A stretch of DNA of 64,000 bases from a virus. The translations under genes were made by a program, and so were the position numbers. Under the pieces are notes generated by a model that ran no database searches, had not been told where the DNA came from, and worked only from the letters and a program-made list of their open reading frames with translations. Shown here one piece after another: positions 36,030 through 45,491 of the stretch. Location of the stretch: positions 41,576 through 105,575 of the IMG/VR virus record IMGVR_UViG_3300036715_002842. One strand, written 5' to 3'. Position 1 is the first letter of the stretch; every line of letters starts with the position of its first letter.

Positions 36030-38294
36030 ATGAAGCTTGAAGTAGATAGCTCCGAGATCCTGAAGTCGGACCTTGGTGTCCAGCAGGCGTTCACGATCAA
36101 GGCGACCGCGAAAGCCTTCTCCATTCTGAGCTCCGGCCTTTATTCAGACAAGATCTGGGCCATTCTCCGGGAACTGTGTGCCAACGCCCAGGATTCCCAC
36201 ATCGAAGCCAAGAAGAGTCACGTACCCTTTGAGATCCATCTCCCAGATCACTGGGACAGCCATTTCTGGGTCGAGGATTTCGGTATGGGCCTCTCCCACG
36301 AGGATGTGCTTCATCTCTATACCACCTACTTCGAGAGCACCCGGAACAAGTCGAACGATTTCACTGGCGCCCTGGGCCTCGGCAGTAAGAGCCCTTTCAG
36401 CTATACCGACTGCTTCAGCGTTACCAGCACTTACGAAGGTGTGGTGCGCAACTATTCTGCGTACCTGGATGAAACCGGTTGTCCCAACATCACGCTGATG
36501 TCCGAACAACCTGCCGAGACCGGCAAGGTGAATGGCGTCAAGGTTGCCTTCGTCACTCGGCAAGGGGATCAGGATTCCTTCCGCACCAAGATCTGTGGTG
36601 TGCTGGAGTTCTTCGACAACTACAAGATCATCAACCCTCAGCCCCCTCAGATCTGGCGTCAGAGTTACGGCTTCATCAATACCAACTGGGCTCTGCGGGA
36701 GCGCGATCGGGTGAAGAACTATTCCGGCGCCCGCATCATCCAGGGTCCCATCGCCTATCCCCTGAACATCAAGAACTGCACCGATCCGGTTTACAAGGTT
36801 CTCTCCCAGCTCCCGATCGACATCTTCGTCAACATTGGTGACCTGGACATCGCGGCTTCCCGCGAAGAACTCTCCTACACCAAGGGGACCATCGACAAGA
36901 TCCTTGTTCTCCTGGCCGAGATCAAGGATGTGATCGTTGCCGAGCTGGAATCCAGCCTGACTCCCTGCAAGACTGACTGGGAGCGCGTGCAGCAGGTGGT
37001 TCGCACCAAGTTCCGCAACCAGGTTTACCAGCGCGTTTACGAGAACTTCAGCTCCGACATCTTCAAGGGTGGATTCCGGTTCGCCAGCGGTGAACTGAAG
37101 GTCAATCTGAACTCCTACGATTTCCTGACCGTTCGAGGCATCACTTCGCAGGAACGGAAGTTCGTCTCCTACACCAAGAACAACTCCAAGGCAACCATCA
37201 AGATCAATACCAACAGTGAAGTCCTCTTCATCTACAACGATGTCAAGGTCAACGGTGAGCAGATCCTCAAGGATTTCCTGAAGACCAAGCGCGGCACGAT
37301 GATCTACTTCGCTTCTCCCAGCGGTCTGTGGACCTGGGAAGAGATCAAGACCCCGAAGCCGACCATTGAGAACCCCAAGGCAGTGGTGGTCACTCGCAAA
37401 CGGGTTGCTCTTGGAACCCCCGATGATTCCTATAAGCAGTTCGAAGAGTTCATCGATGCCTGCGGCAACCCAGAGTTCATCAAGCTGTCCTCCATCCTGG
37501 CTGGCGTGCCAAAGGCCGTGGTGGTTCGCGAGAAGATCAATGCCTACCTGTTCAACAAGCACGGTTACGGCACTGCCGATCGTTGGAAGGAAAAGCAGGA
37601 CTTCGACATCGCGGTCCCCAAGTATTACGTGGAAATGTCCTACTTCCGCCCGATCAAGCTCGGTGCCAGTTCCAGTGACGATACCTACACCATGGATCAG
37701 TTCGTGGAACACCGGAAGCTCCTGATCGACCTGGGCCTAATCACTTCCGACACCGAGATCTATGGTATTCCCCGCTCGACCATGAAGAAGTCCATCGAGA
37801 AGGATCCGAACTGGATCCCCTTCTTCCCTGCCATGAAGGACAAGGCGATCAAGACCTTCGAGCCTCTGGAACAGGATTGGCATCTGGCGATCCTCGTCAG
37901 CAATGTCGAGGATTTCTACAAGAACTACGCGCAGGACAAGAGCCTCGAGAATATGGTTCCATGCGCTTTCAAGACCTACCTCGAGACCATCAAGACCCAC
38001 CTGAAGGTCAAGGCGCCGAAGCACAACTGGAACACCGTACTGCGCTTCTACGATTACCAGTTCAAGCCTTCCGTACACAAGGATCTGAAGACTCCCCAGT
38101 TCGTCAAGCTCTATCCCCTGTTCTACTGTAACATCAACAGCTACAACACCACGGACACTTACCGGAACCTGACTCACTACGTGAACCTGATCGAAGCCGA
38201 GAACGAAGTCAAGCGCGCCGAAGAAGAGATCACCAAGATGTTCAAGATTCCGGTTATTCCTGCTGACGGCGTAAATTCCACCTTGACAGTTTAA
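36030..38294 (+). CDS. rIIA: rIIA-like protein (GHKL ATPase N-terminus)
   Basis: LSSGLYSDK..ILRELCANAQDSH, EDFGMGL, YFESTR, GALGLGSKSPFSYT, SREELSY. Confidence 0.85.
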   Translation: MKLEVDSSEILKSDLGVQQAFTIKATAKAFSILSSGLYSDKIWAILRELCANAQDSHIEAKKSHVPFEIHLPDHWDSHFWVEDFGMGLSHEDVLHLYTTYFESTRNKSNDFTGALGLGSKSPFSYTDCFSVTSTYEGVVRNYSAYLDETGCPNITLMSEQPAETGKVNGVKVAFVTRQGDQDSFRTKICGVLEFFDNYKIINPQPPQIWRQSYGFINTNWALRERDRVKNYSGARIIQGPIAYPLNIKNCTDPVYKVLSQLPIDIFVNIGDLDIAASREELSYTKGTIDKILVLLAEIKDVIVAELESSLTPCKTDWERVQQVVRTKFRNQVYQRVYENFSSDIFKGGFRFASGELKVNLNSYDFLTVRGITSQERKFVSYTKNNSKATIKINTNSEVLFIYNDVKVNGEQILKDFLKTKRGTMIYFASPSGLWTWEEIKTPKPTIENPKAVVVTRKRVALGTPDDSYKQFEEFIDACGNPEFIKLSSILAGVPKAVVVREKINAYLFNKHGYGTADRWKEKQDFDIAVPKYYVEMSYFRPIKLGASSSDDTYTMDQFVEHRKLLIDLGLITSDTEIYGIPRSTMKKSIEKDPNWIPFFPAMKDKAIKTFEPLEQDWHLAILVSNVEDFYKNYAQDKSLENMVPCAFKTYLETIKTHLKVKAPKHNWNTVLRFYDYQFKPSVHKDLKTPQFVKLYPLFYCNINSYNTTDTYRNLTHYVNLIEAENEVKRAEEEITKMFKIPVIPADGVNSTLTV

Positions 38295-38310
38295 TTGTCA
38301 AGGGTATATT
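38281..38310 (+). promoter_or_regulatory. Palindromic promoter CCTTGACA-N7-TGTCAAGG + TATATT
   Basis: Second copy of the motif, upstream of rIIB. Confidence 0.7.
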
Positions 38311-38350
38311 TAAAAGTCTCAGAGCAGTTCACCCTTCAAAGGAGCCACAC

Positions 38351-39352
38351 ATGGCTGAAACGTATCCGTTCATTATCCACCGCAACTTCCTGAACGTTGT
38401 CATCGGTGGCACGCCTTACACCCTCGACGCCAGTCACCAGGCGTTCGACGCCTGCGTGGAGGCAGTCAAGAAGGGTGACTGGGGCAAGGTCCAGACCCTG
38501 GTGAGCAAGGAGAAGATGATCAATGCGACCGGTGAGGGTCTGGTCACCTTCGCCAAGGGTCTGGTCTACTTCAAGGGGGAACCTGTTCACTCCACGCTGA
38601 CGGTGCACATGCTGCGCCTGATGGAAGAGGGCAAGAACATCAAGCCGATGATCAAGTTCCTCGAGAACCTGATGTCGAACCCTTCCGTCACCGCCGTGAC
38701 CGAGCTCTACAGCTTCCTGGAGAAGGGTGATCTGCCTCTGACCGAGGATGGTCACTTCCTGGCCTACAAGCGCATCAAGGGCAACTGGCGCGACATCCAC
38801 AGCGGCACTGTCGATCACTCCATCGGCGCCAAGCCCTACATGGAGCGCGATCAGGTGGACTGGAACCGGAACAACACCTGCTCGACCGGCTTCCACTTCT
38901 GCAGCTTCAAGTATCTCTCCAGCTTCGCCTCCAAGGATCCCAGCTCGGATCGGATCGTGGTGGTCAAGATCAATCCCCGCGATGTGGTGAGCATCCCTGC
39001 TGACTATAACGACACCAAGGGTCGCGCCTGCACCTACGAGGTCTTCGCGGAAATCCAGGGTGCCAACAAGCTGGAAGTTCCTGCCTTCGATTCCTCCCTG
39101 GTGGTCACCACCCGGACCAAGTCCAAGGCCAAGAAGCGGAGCCGCGTCAAGGTCGAGGGTCGCACCCCGGCCGAGAAGAAGAAGAACGCCACGCGGGTCA
39201 AGAAGGCCAAGAAGGACGCGGTCAAGGAAGTCACCCGCAAGAGCCGCGCCAAGAAGAAGACCCCTGGCGCCATCTCGGCTGGCCCCGCCCGCGATGCCAA
39301 CGGCCGCTTCATCAGCAACTCGGCCAAGAAGGCGCGTAGCCGCAAGCGGTAG
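38351..39352 (+). CDS. rIIB: rIIB-like protein with a Lys/Arg-rich C-terminal tail
   Basis: FLENLMSNPS, ELYSFL, LTEDGHFLAYK, CSTGFHFCS, VKINPRDVVSIP.DY...KGRACTYEV. Confidence 0.85.
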   Translation: MAETYPFIIHRNFLNVVIGGTPYTLDASHQAFDACVEAVKKGDWGKVQTLVSKEKMINATGEGLVTFAKGLVYFKGEPVHSTLTVHMLRLMEEGKNIKPMIKFLENLMSNPSVTAVTELYSFLEKGDLPLTEDGHFLAYKRIKGNWRDIHSGTVDHSIGAKPYMERDQVDWNRNNTCSTGFHFCSFKYLSSFASKDPSSDRIVVVKINPRDVVSIPADYNDTKGRACTYEVFAEIQGANKLEVPAFDSSLVVTTRTKSKAKKRSRVKVEGRTPAEKKKNATRVKKAKKDAVKEVTRKSRAKKKTPGAISAGPARDANGRFISNSAKKARSRKR

Positions 39353-39359
39353 TCCAAAC

Positions 39360-39388
39360 TGGTGGGGATCCTTCGGGTCCCCACCTTA
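39360..39388 (+). terminator. Hairpin terminator with UUCG loop
   Basis: GGTGGGGATC-CTTCGG-GTCCCCACC. Confidence 0.6.
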
Positions 39389-39433
39389 GTTCTGTAACCC
39401 ACGCCCATCAAGGGGCACTCATGAGGTACTACA

Positions 39434-40093
39434 ATGGAATGGATCAAAGCTCACAAGGGTCTGGTGTGGTTCATCGGCATCCCCCTGTTTGTCATCTTCA
39501 GCGGTCTGAGCTGCGTGGGCTCCTACAACGGCCTCTACGAGACGGGCATCAAGATCGCTACCACCACGGATGAGCGCCTGAGCAACCTGGACGAGGCCTA
39601 CCGTCACCGCGCAGACATCATTCCTAACATGGTCGAAACGGTCATGTCCGAGGTGGGCGCCGAGACCAAGCTGGATGTGGAATACGCCGAAGCTCGAGCC
39701 AAGATGGGTGGTCAGATCAAGCTGACTCCTGAGGCCCTGAAGGATCCCAAGGCCATGGAAGCCTTCAAGACCCAGCAGGGAACTCTGGGCAACTTCCTGA
39801 GCCGGATCATGTCCGTGGCTGAGAAGATCCCAAATCCCAACTTCTCCAAAGCGTACGCGGATCTTCGTCGTACCCTGGATGGGGAGAACAATCGGATCGG
39901 AATCGCGATCAAGGACTATAATGCCGCCGCGAAGAAGAACAATGAGTGGATCCAGGCGCCACTCATCAGCGTGCGACGGTTCGTGGTCAGTGGAAGCACC
40001 GACAAGTTCTACAAGCGCGATTACTACAAGGTCGAGGAGGAGAAGAAGGCCAATCCGAACCTCAAGGACCTGAACATGAGGACCAAGTCCTAA
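39434..40093 (+). CDS. lemA: LemA family protein
   Basis: N-terminal TM, YN, YRHRADIIPNMVETV, NPNF..., LDGENNRI...YN. Confidence 0.85.
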   Translation: MEWIKAHKGLVWFIGIPLFVIFSGLSCVGSYNGLYETGIKIATTTDERLSNLDEAYRHRADIIPNMVETVMSEVGAETKLDVEYAEARAKMGGQIKLTPEALKDPKAMEAFKTQQGTLGNFLSRIMSVAEKIPNPNFSKAYADLRRTLDGENNRIGIAIKDYNAAAKKNNEWIQAPLISVRRFVVSGSTDKFYKRDYYKVEEEKKANPNLKDLNMRTKS

Positions 40094-40094
40094 C

Positions 40095-40835
40095 ATGCGC
40101 AACTTCCTTCTCACTCTTCTGGCTCTGGTAGGGCTTACGCTCCACGCAGAGTTCACCCCACCGCCGGCTCCTAAGGCTTGGGTGACGGATCAACCCAACG
40201 TGTTGAACAAGCAGACCAAGTCTGCCCTCACGCAGGAACTGATCGGGCTGGAAAAGAAGAACTCCTGCCAGGTGATCGTCTACATCACCAAGACCCATGG
40301 AGAAGTGCCCCTTCGGGAATGGACCCATGCGTGTGCTAGGGCTTGGGGAGTGGGGCAGAAGGATCTGGACAACGGTGCAATCCTTTTCGTATTCACTCAT
40401 GATCATGAGATCCGTTTGGAGATGGGAACCCGACTCGAGGGTATCTTCCCAGATCTGATCTGCGGAGACATCACCAGCAAGCTCAAAGAGAAGCTGGACG
40501 CTCGGAAGGTCAATGAGGGTTTCTCCGAAGCGGTGACCACCATAGTCAATCGTGCCACAGCAGAATACAAAGCACCTGAAGGTTGGAAAGGCCCGGATCG
40601 AAGTTCATTCGGTACGGTGAACTACAAGAACTACATCGCAATCGGCCTTGCCATCCTTGCCTTCATCCTCATCCTCGCAATTCTCAATGGTGTCGGATTC
40701 ATCGACTTCGACATCCTCTCTTTCCTTTTCGGATTCATCTTTGGTCAGCTCCTGGGCGGTTCCTCTTCATCCTCAAGCGGTAGTAGCTTTGGCGGTGGTG
40801 GGGGAGACTTCTCCGGCGGCGGATCTGACGACTAA
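40095..40835 (+). CDS. TPM-domain (YgcG-like) membrane protein
   Basis: Signal peptide, VTDQPNVL, WGVGQKDLDNGAIL, IRLEMG..LEG, TM, terminal FGGGGGDFSGGGS. Confidence 0.85.
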   Translation: MRNFLLTLLALVGLTLHAEFTPPPAPKAWVTDQPNVLNKQTKSALTQELIGLEKKNSCQVIVYITKTHGEVPLREWTHACARAWGVGQKDLDNGAILFVFTHDHEIRLEMGTRLEGIFPDLICGDITSKLKEKLDARKVNEGFSEAVTTIVNRATAEYKAPEGWKGPDRSSFGTVNYKNYIAIGLAILAFILILAILNGVGFIDFDILSFLFGFIFGQLLGGSSSSSSGSSFGGGGGDFSGGGSDD

Positions 40836-40847
40836 CCAGGAGACCCC

Positions 40848-41399
40848 ATGAAGACCCTTCATGAACTTTTCAACTACCTCCACGAACACGTGGAAGCCTT
40901 CTTCAAGCACGACTCTGCGACCAATACCTACACAGTCCATCAGTCGATGAGCCATCCCATCGCCGTGGCTCGTGTGACACCTCGGGTCATCCAGGACATG
41001 GAGCGCGACAACATGCTGGAGCGCTACGCAACCGGCTACAAGGTTCGCCAGCAACGTGTTCGCGAGATCTATACCCCGCGCCGGGAAGACTCCTCTTCCT
41101 CGCTGGGCTCTACGGCCTTGGGCGCCGGATTCGGTATCGCTGCAGGACTGGCCCTCAGCAACCTCTTCGATGGAGATGACCACAGCAGCTCCATCAGCCA
41201 TCACGACGATGACTCCTTCACCGGTGGCGGGGGTGGGTTCTCCGGTGGCGGTTCTTCCGAATCCCCTTCGTACGATCCTCCCTCCCACTCGGATTCCAGC
41301 TCGAGCGACTGGGGTTCCTCGTCCAGCGATTCCAGTTCTTCGGATTCCAGTTCTTCGGATTCCAGTTCTTCGGATTCCAGTTCTTCGGATTCCGACTAA
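40848..41399 (+). CDS. Hypothetical protein with a Gly/Ser/Asp-rich tail
   Basis: FTGGGGGFSGGG followed by (DSSSS)n. Confidence 0.7.
   Translation: MKTLHELFNYLHEHVEAFFKHDSATNTYTVHQSMSHPIAVARVTPRVIQDMERDNMLERYATGYKVRQQRVREIYTPRREDSSSSLGSTALGAGFGIAAGLALSNLFDGDDHSSSISHHDDDSFTGGGGGFSGGGSSESPSYDPPSHSDSSSSDWGSSSSDSSSSDSSSSDSSSSDSSSSDSD
41328..41393. repeat. 15-bp coding tandem repeat (GATTCCAGTTCTTCG x4+)
   Basis: Encodes DSSSS repeats. Confidence 0.85.
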
Positions 41400-41479
41400 A
41401 AAGGTCTGGAGCGCCGGGAGCTGATGAAGGTGGGTCGAGTCCGTCTTCTGGACTAGAATTAGGCCCACCCTCCAACATT

Positions 41480-41504
41480 AGGGACCCGAAAGGGTCCCTT
41501 TTCC
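41480..41504 (+). terminator. Intrinsic terminator
   Basis: AGGGACCC-GAAA-GGGTCCCT-TTT. Confidence 0.75.
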
Positions 41505-41543
41505 TGTTTTATGATGGTTAGAATAGACGAGGGAGACTCTACT

Positions 41544-43133
41544 ATGTCGTTTTTCTGGTTACCGAGTGGAATGCTTAAATCGTACATGCATTTCAACATG
41601 TGGGTGAAACCAAAGGCACAATCGAAGCAATTCGCAAACTTGGACTTCAGTGTAACTGAGTTCGAGGAACCTAGTCCAACCAAGCCAGACAAGATGCAGA
41701 CCACGAAGATCATGCATGCCCCACATGCGGATTTCATCTTCGACAACCAGAACCGAACTGCCAAGGATCGTACCCAAGATGGTTGGTACAAATGCTCCAT
41801 TGGGCCTTACGCCGAAGGGAGCGTACTACAGCCGAAGCTAGACTGGGTAATGGTCTCTGCCCACTACTTGAAGCCAGAAGAAGGCAACTTCGCAAAACCC
41901 TTTGGTATGCGGATTGCCTGTGACTCCGGCGGCGCCCAGATGAAGTTCGGGACTGCCCGTTACGTGGATCCTCACCACGTGATTGAGGTCTATAACAAGT
42001 GCGCAGATTTCGGTATGGCCCTGGACGTTCCTCCAAAGGCTGGCATCGATGGTTTCAATACCAAGGCGCTGAGAATCCTCGCTCGCATTCAGAAGAAGAA
42101 CAATGAGATCTTCAAGGCCAAGCGGCGCCCAGATCTGGGCCTGTTGAACGTTGTGCATGGCATGAAGGGTGACGATATTCGGCGCTGGATTGACGATGTG
42201 ATCGATCCGGAATTCCAGGGTTGGGCATCTGCGTGGGACGATCTGAGCCAGATCGAAAGCATCTATCGTACGACTGCAATTCTCTACCGGGAATACGGCC
42301 TCAAGGACAATACCCAGTGGGTCCACCTGTTCGGCGCCTCCGGTCCCAAGACCATTCCGGTCATGGCGTGGATGGGTAAGTACATCCCGTTTCTAACAGC
42401 CGACTCCAGTTCGTTCCTAGAGGGGGCTAAGCGCCGAACGTACTTCGCGGACCATGGTGGCTCGCTCAAAGTGATCTCCTGCACTAATCACGGCAAGGGG
42501 AAGTCCTTTGCCGAGTCTGGGTTCCATGAGAGCTCCATCCTGCCATGCTGCTGCGAAATCTGCTCTCTGGTCAAGTACTTTGGTGTGCTGAGCCGGAACG
42601 TAGAGTACACGCAGAGCTATCCTGCCATCGTGGCCCACAATCTCATGATGATCAAGCAGGCGGCAGATGAGTGGAACACCCTGGCCGCTAAGAGCACCCT
42701 CGAGGAGTACGTTTCCCTGGTAGCGAAGAACATTGGTAAAGATTCCGCCATGTTCGTACGTTACGCGGATGCCTGCTTCACCGATGGACCAGATTATGCT
42801 GACAAGCACTTCAGCAACTTCCTGGTGAATGGAAGTGCCTCGATGGATGCTACTTCCGTCGACATGCGTACCAAGATGCAGATGACCCGCGTTCCCATGT
42901 TCAGCTCGACCAAGGGTAATGGAACCGACAACATTCAGGGTCTGGGAGTCGCTGGTTCGAACCTTGAGCTGATTGGTGGTTACCTGACTCCAGAGGAAGT
43001 GCACTCCACCCTGAAGGAGTTTGGATTCGATCAGGCCCTTGAGAAGCTGATCCTTGAAAAGCACCTTGAACCCCTACCGGATGCAACAGCAACAGATTTT
43101 GAATCCGAGCTTCAGCTTCCTCCTGAGGAGTAG
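41544..43133 (+). CDS. dpdA: TGT-fold transglycosylase (DpdA-like, deazaguanine insertion into DNA)
   Basis: CDSGGAQ, LDVPP, NVVHG, VHLFG, TADSSS, zinc motif PCCCEIC...HN; folE and queE in the same window. Confidence 0.7.
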   Translation: MSFFWLPSGMLKSYMHFNMWVKPKAQSKQFANLDFSVTEFEEPSPTKPDKMQTTKIMHAPHADFIFDNQNRTAKDRTQDGWYKCSIGPYAEGSVLQPKLDWVMVSAHYLKPEEGNFAKPFGMRIACDSGGAQMKFGTARYVDPHHVIEVYNKCADFGMALDVPPKAGIDGFNTKALRILARIQKKNNEIFKAKRRPDLGLLNVVHGMKGDDIRRWIDDVIDPEFQGWASAWDDLSQIESIYRTTAILYREYGLKDNTQWVHLFGASGPKTIPVMAWMGKYIPFLTADSSSFLEGAKRRTYFADHGGSLKVISCTNHGKGKSFAESGFHESSILPCCCEICSLVKYFGVLSRNVEYTQSYPAIVAHNLMMIKQAADEWNTLAAKSTLEEYVSLVAKNIGKDSAMFVRYADACFTDGPDYADKHFSNFLVNGSASMDATSVDMRTKMQMTRVPMFSSTKGNGTDNIQGLGVAGSNLELIGGYLTPEEVHSTLKEFGFDQALEKLILEKHLEPLPDATATDFESELQLPPEE

Positions 43134-43135
43134 CC

Positions 43136-43405
43136 ATGGCAACGAGAATGCCCGATGGAACCTTCGGACCCACCCAACCCTTTCCGGAAGCCCTAGAGAC
43201 TTTCCTGGATCTGGCTGGAAAGGGTCTTGCCAAGTCCTTTCACGTGGGCACGCCCCAGCAGATCGAGGCTCAGAAAGAAGAGCTCCAGTCCGCTCAGAAT
43301 GTGGCAGATCTTGCGAAGAGGGTCGCTGCTCTCGAGGCAGAGAAAAATAGCCTCATCGTCCGCCCAACTTTCGAAGATGTGGAGAAGTTCGGGGTTACAA
43401 AGTAA
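43136..43405 (+). CDS. Hypothetical protein
   Basis: 89 aa, coupled in the operon. Confidence 0.6.
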   Translation: MATRMPDGTFGPTQPFPEALETFLDLAGKGLAKSFHVGTPQQIEAQKEELQSAQNVADLAKRVAALEAEKNSLIVRPTFEDVEKFGVTK

Positions 43406-44061
43406 TGCTAGCAATCAACGATGCCCGAGCCGTGAAGACAGATTACGAGCGCTTTCTGGTGAGGCACGGGATTCCTCGTCACTACTGGAAACTTGGGGTT
43501 GAAGAAGCAAAGTTCATCTCCTACAAGGTCCATCGTACGTTCGAGGGAGCGAAGAACAAGGGTAACCTCGTTCGGGAATGCTCGGATCAGGAACAAGCTG
43601 GCTACTGGGTTGGTCTCAATCAGATGGTTGAGAACTGGAAACCGGGTCTAGGGCAGAACGCAGAGAACAATCTGATCGTCTTCTGTAGTGAGGATGAAAA
43701 GCTAGCCCACTACTGCATGTACACGCTTGTGCACCGCATGCTGCAGTCTCTGATGAAGGAAAACCAGAAGTCCTACCGACTGCAGACCTACCGCTACTAC
43801 GAGCTGTGGAAGCTCCTACAGCTAGACGATCCTCTCGATTGTCCGAACGTGGTTATAATTCCGTCCGTGATCGATGAGGGGAACTCCAATCAATATACTT
43901 CATTTCGTGAACTGTTCACCTCTTCGTATCAGATTTTCACTAGCACTGCCCTGGGACCTCAGGCATTCTTCAACAAGTATCACGTGGTTCCGGGTTACAT
44001 GTTTTACGTAGAGAGTTTGGTCAAGATGTTCGATGCGACCAAGCTAGCTGAGAGGCGTTAA
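43405..44061 (+). CDS. Hypothetical protein (possible degenerate helicase loader)
   Basis: GIPRHY motif; directly upstream of DnaB with TAATG coupling. Confidence 0.5.
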   Translation: MLAINDARAVKTDYERFLVRHGIPRHYWKLGVEEAKFISYKVHRTFEGAKNKGNLVRECSDQEQAGYWVGLNQMVENWKPGLGQNAENNLIVFCSEDEKLAHYCMYTLVHRMLQSLMKENQKSYRLQTYRYYELWKLLQLDDPLDCPNVVIIPSVIDEGNSNQYTSFRELFTSSYQIFTSTALGPQAFFNKYHVVPGYMFYVESLVKMFDATKLAERR

Positions 44062-45491
44062 TGTCTTACGATCTCCTAGATCAAGAGAAGGTCCTCCTCC
44101 ATTCCCTTCTGATGGGACGGGATGAGACGAAGGCGTACATTCTTCGGAAATACCTTCCTGAGCACTTCATCAATCTCATTACGGTTTACAACTACGTAAG
44201 AGAGAATATGGGTCTAGGAAACATGGATATTCTCACCATCGATACTCTAGCCAGCAATGCGATTTTTGAAGGCCCCGTCAGAGGTATCATCGCCAGCCTG
44301 AAGTTCAGTACCCTCATTGACGATCCTGCCCAGTTGGAGGTGATGTGCAAGGGATTGCTGGACCATTATGGAACTGAGTTCCTTCTTGAGACCCTACGGT
44401 CACCACTAGAGAAGTTGCAGTCTGGTGAGGTTGACTATGTAACGGTCTTAAAAACCCTGCAGACGGATCTTGAGGGTGCCAGCGTCAAGCTATTCAAGGA
44501 CGCGGTGGTGCCCCTCGGTTTGGGTGTGGGAAGCAACATCGAAGATACCATCCAGCGAGTTACTTCGCAAGAAAACAATATCTTCATTCGAACCGGCTTT
44601 TCAAGCATTGACAAGCAGATTGGTGGATTCTCCAGAGGCGATGTGATCGTCCTCGCGGCTCCATCCAGTCATGGTAAGACCTTGATGATGCTATCATTCG
44701 CAGTCAACATGATTTTCAATGCCAAGCAACCTCTTTCCGTCTTGTTCGTCACGATGGAAGTGAAGGATGTTACGATTGCTCATCGCCTTGTAGCGCAGAA
44801 ACTTTCCATGCCCTTGAACCAGGTCAAGGAAATCACCATGCCAGACGAGTTCGTGGTGGAATACCTGGCCCCTGAGATCCGTGAACGGAAACTGTCTGAA
44901 ATCCAGGCCAATCGTGAGAAGGTCATGAAGGCGCTCCGGAAGTTCAACGAAGATCTGCAAGAGAAGGGATCCAAGTTCGATGTCAAGACTTACGGATCTT
45001 TCTCACCGGATGACCTGCTTCGTGAGCTGGCCCTTCATCCCTACGATGTAGTGGTTTTGGATTACTTGAACCTGATGTCCAGTTCTTCTGCATCCGAGGC
45101 AGATTGGCTTAGACTTTCGTTGTTAACCCGCGAACTCAAGAACATTGCAACTTCCCGGGACATGTGCGTAATCACTGCCCAGCAGCTCGACGAGGTCAAG
45201 AAGGAAATTCGTTACTCGATGGCCGTTAAGGAACATTGCGATATCCTCATCCAATGGGAACTTCCTCCAGAAGTTAGGGAAGCTCAAGGCGGGGTATTGG
45301 ACATGTACTTCAAGAAGGGTCGTAACGTTGGAACCTTCACTTTCAATTTGAATGTGGATCTGGCTTGCCAGAGAGCTTACGAGGCGGATCCAGACAATCC
45401 TGGGTTGATCGACAGTCCCCTAGCGATGCCTGGTAGTGGTTTTGGATCCGATCTGATGTCAGCAATCAACGTACAGGGGATCCTCGGATGA
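44061..45491 (+). CDS. dnaB: DnaB-like replicative helicase
   Basis: TGFSSID...GG, AAPSSHGKT, FVTME, VVLDYLNL, LTRELKNIA, TAQQL, KGRN. Confidence 0.85.
   Translation: MSYDLLDQEKVLLHSLLMGRDETKAYILRKYLPEHFINLITVYNYVRENMGLGNMDILTIDTLASNAIFEGPVRGIIASLKFSTLIDDPAQLEVMCKGLLDHYGTEFLLETLRSPLEKLQSGEVDYVTVLKTLQTDLEGASVKLFKDAVVPLGLGVGSNIEDTIQRVTSQENNIFIRTGFSSIDKQIGGFSRGDVIVLAAPSSHGKTLMMLSFAVNMIFNAKQPLSVLFVTMEVKDVTIAHRLVAQKLSMPLNQVKEITMPDEFVVEYLAPEIRERKLSEIQANREKVMKALRKFNEDLQEKGSKFDVKTYGSFSPDDLLRELALHPYDVVVLDYLNLMSSSSASEADWLRLSLLTRELKNIATSRDMCVITAQQLDEVKKEIRYSMAVKEHCDILIQWELPPEVREAQGGVLDMYFKKGRNVGTFTFNLNVDLACQRAYEADPDNPGLIDSPLAMPGSGFGSDLMSAINVQGILG

Noticed and set aside
36144-37712. Long antisense ORFs (also 5854..6774, 55234..55998, 53682..54308, 39419..40156)
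   Set aside because: They are shadows of strongly codon-biased sense genes and show no recognisable motifs.
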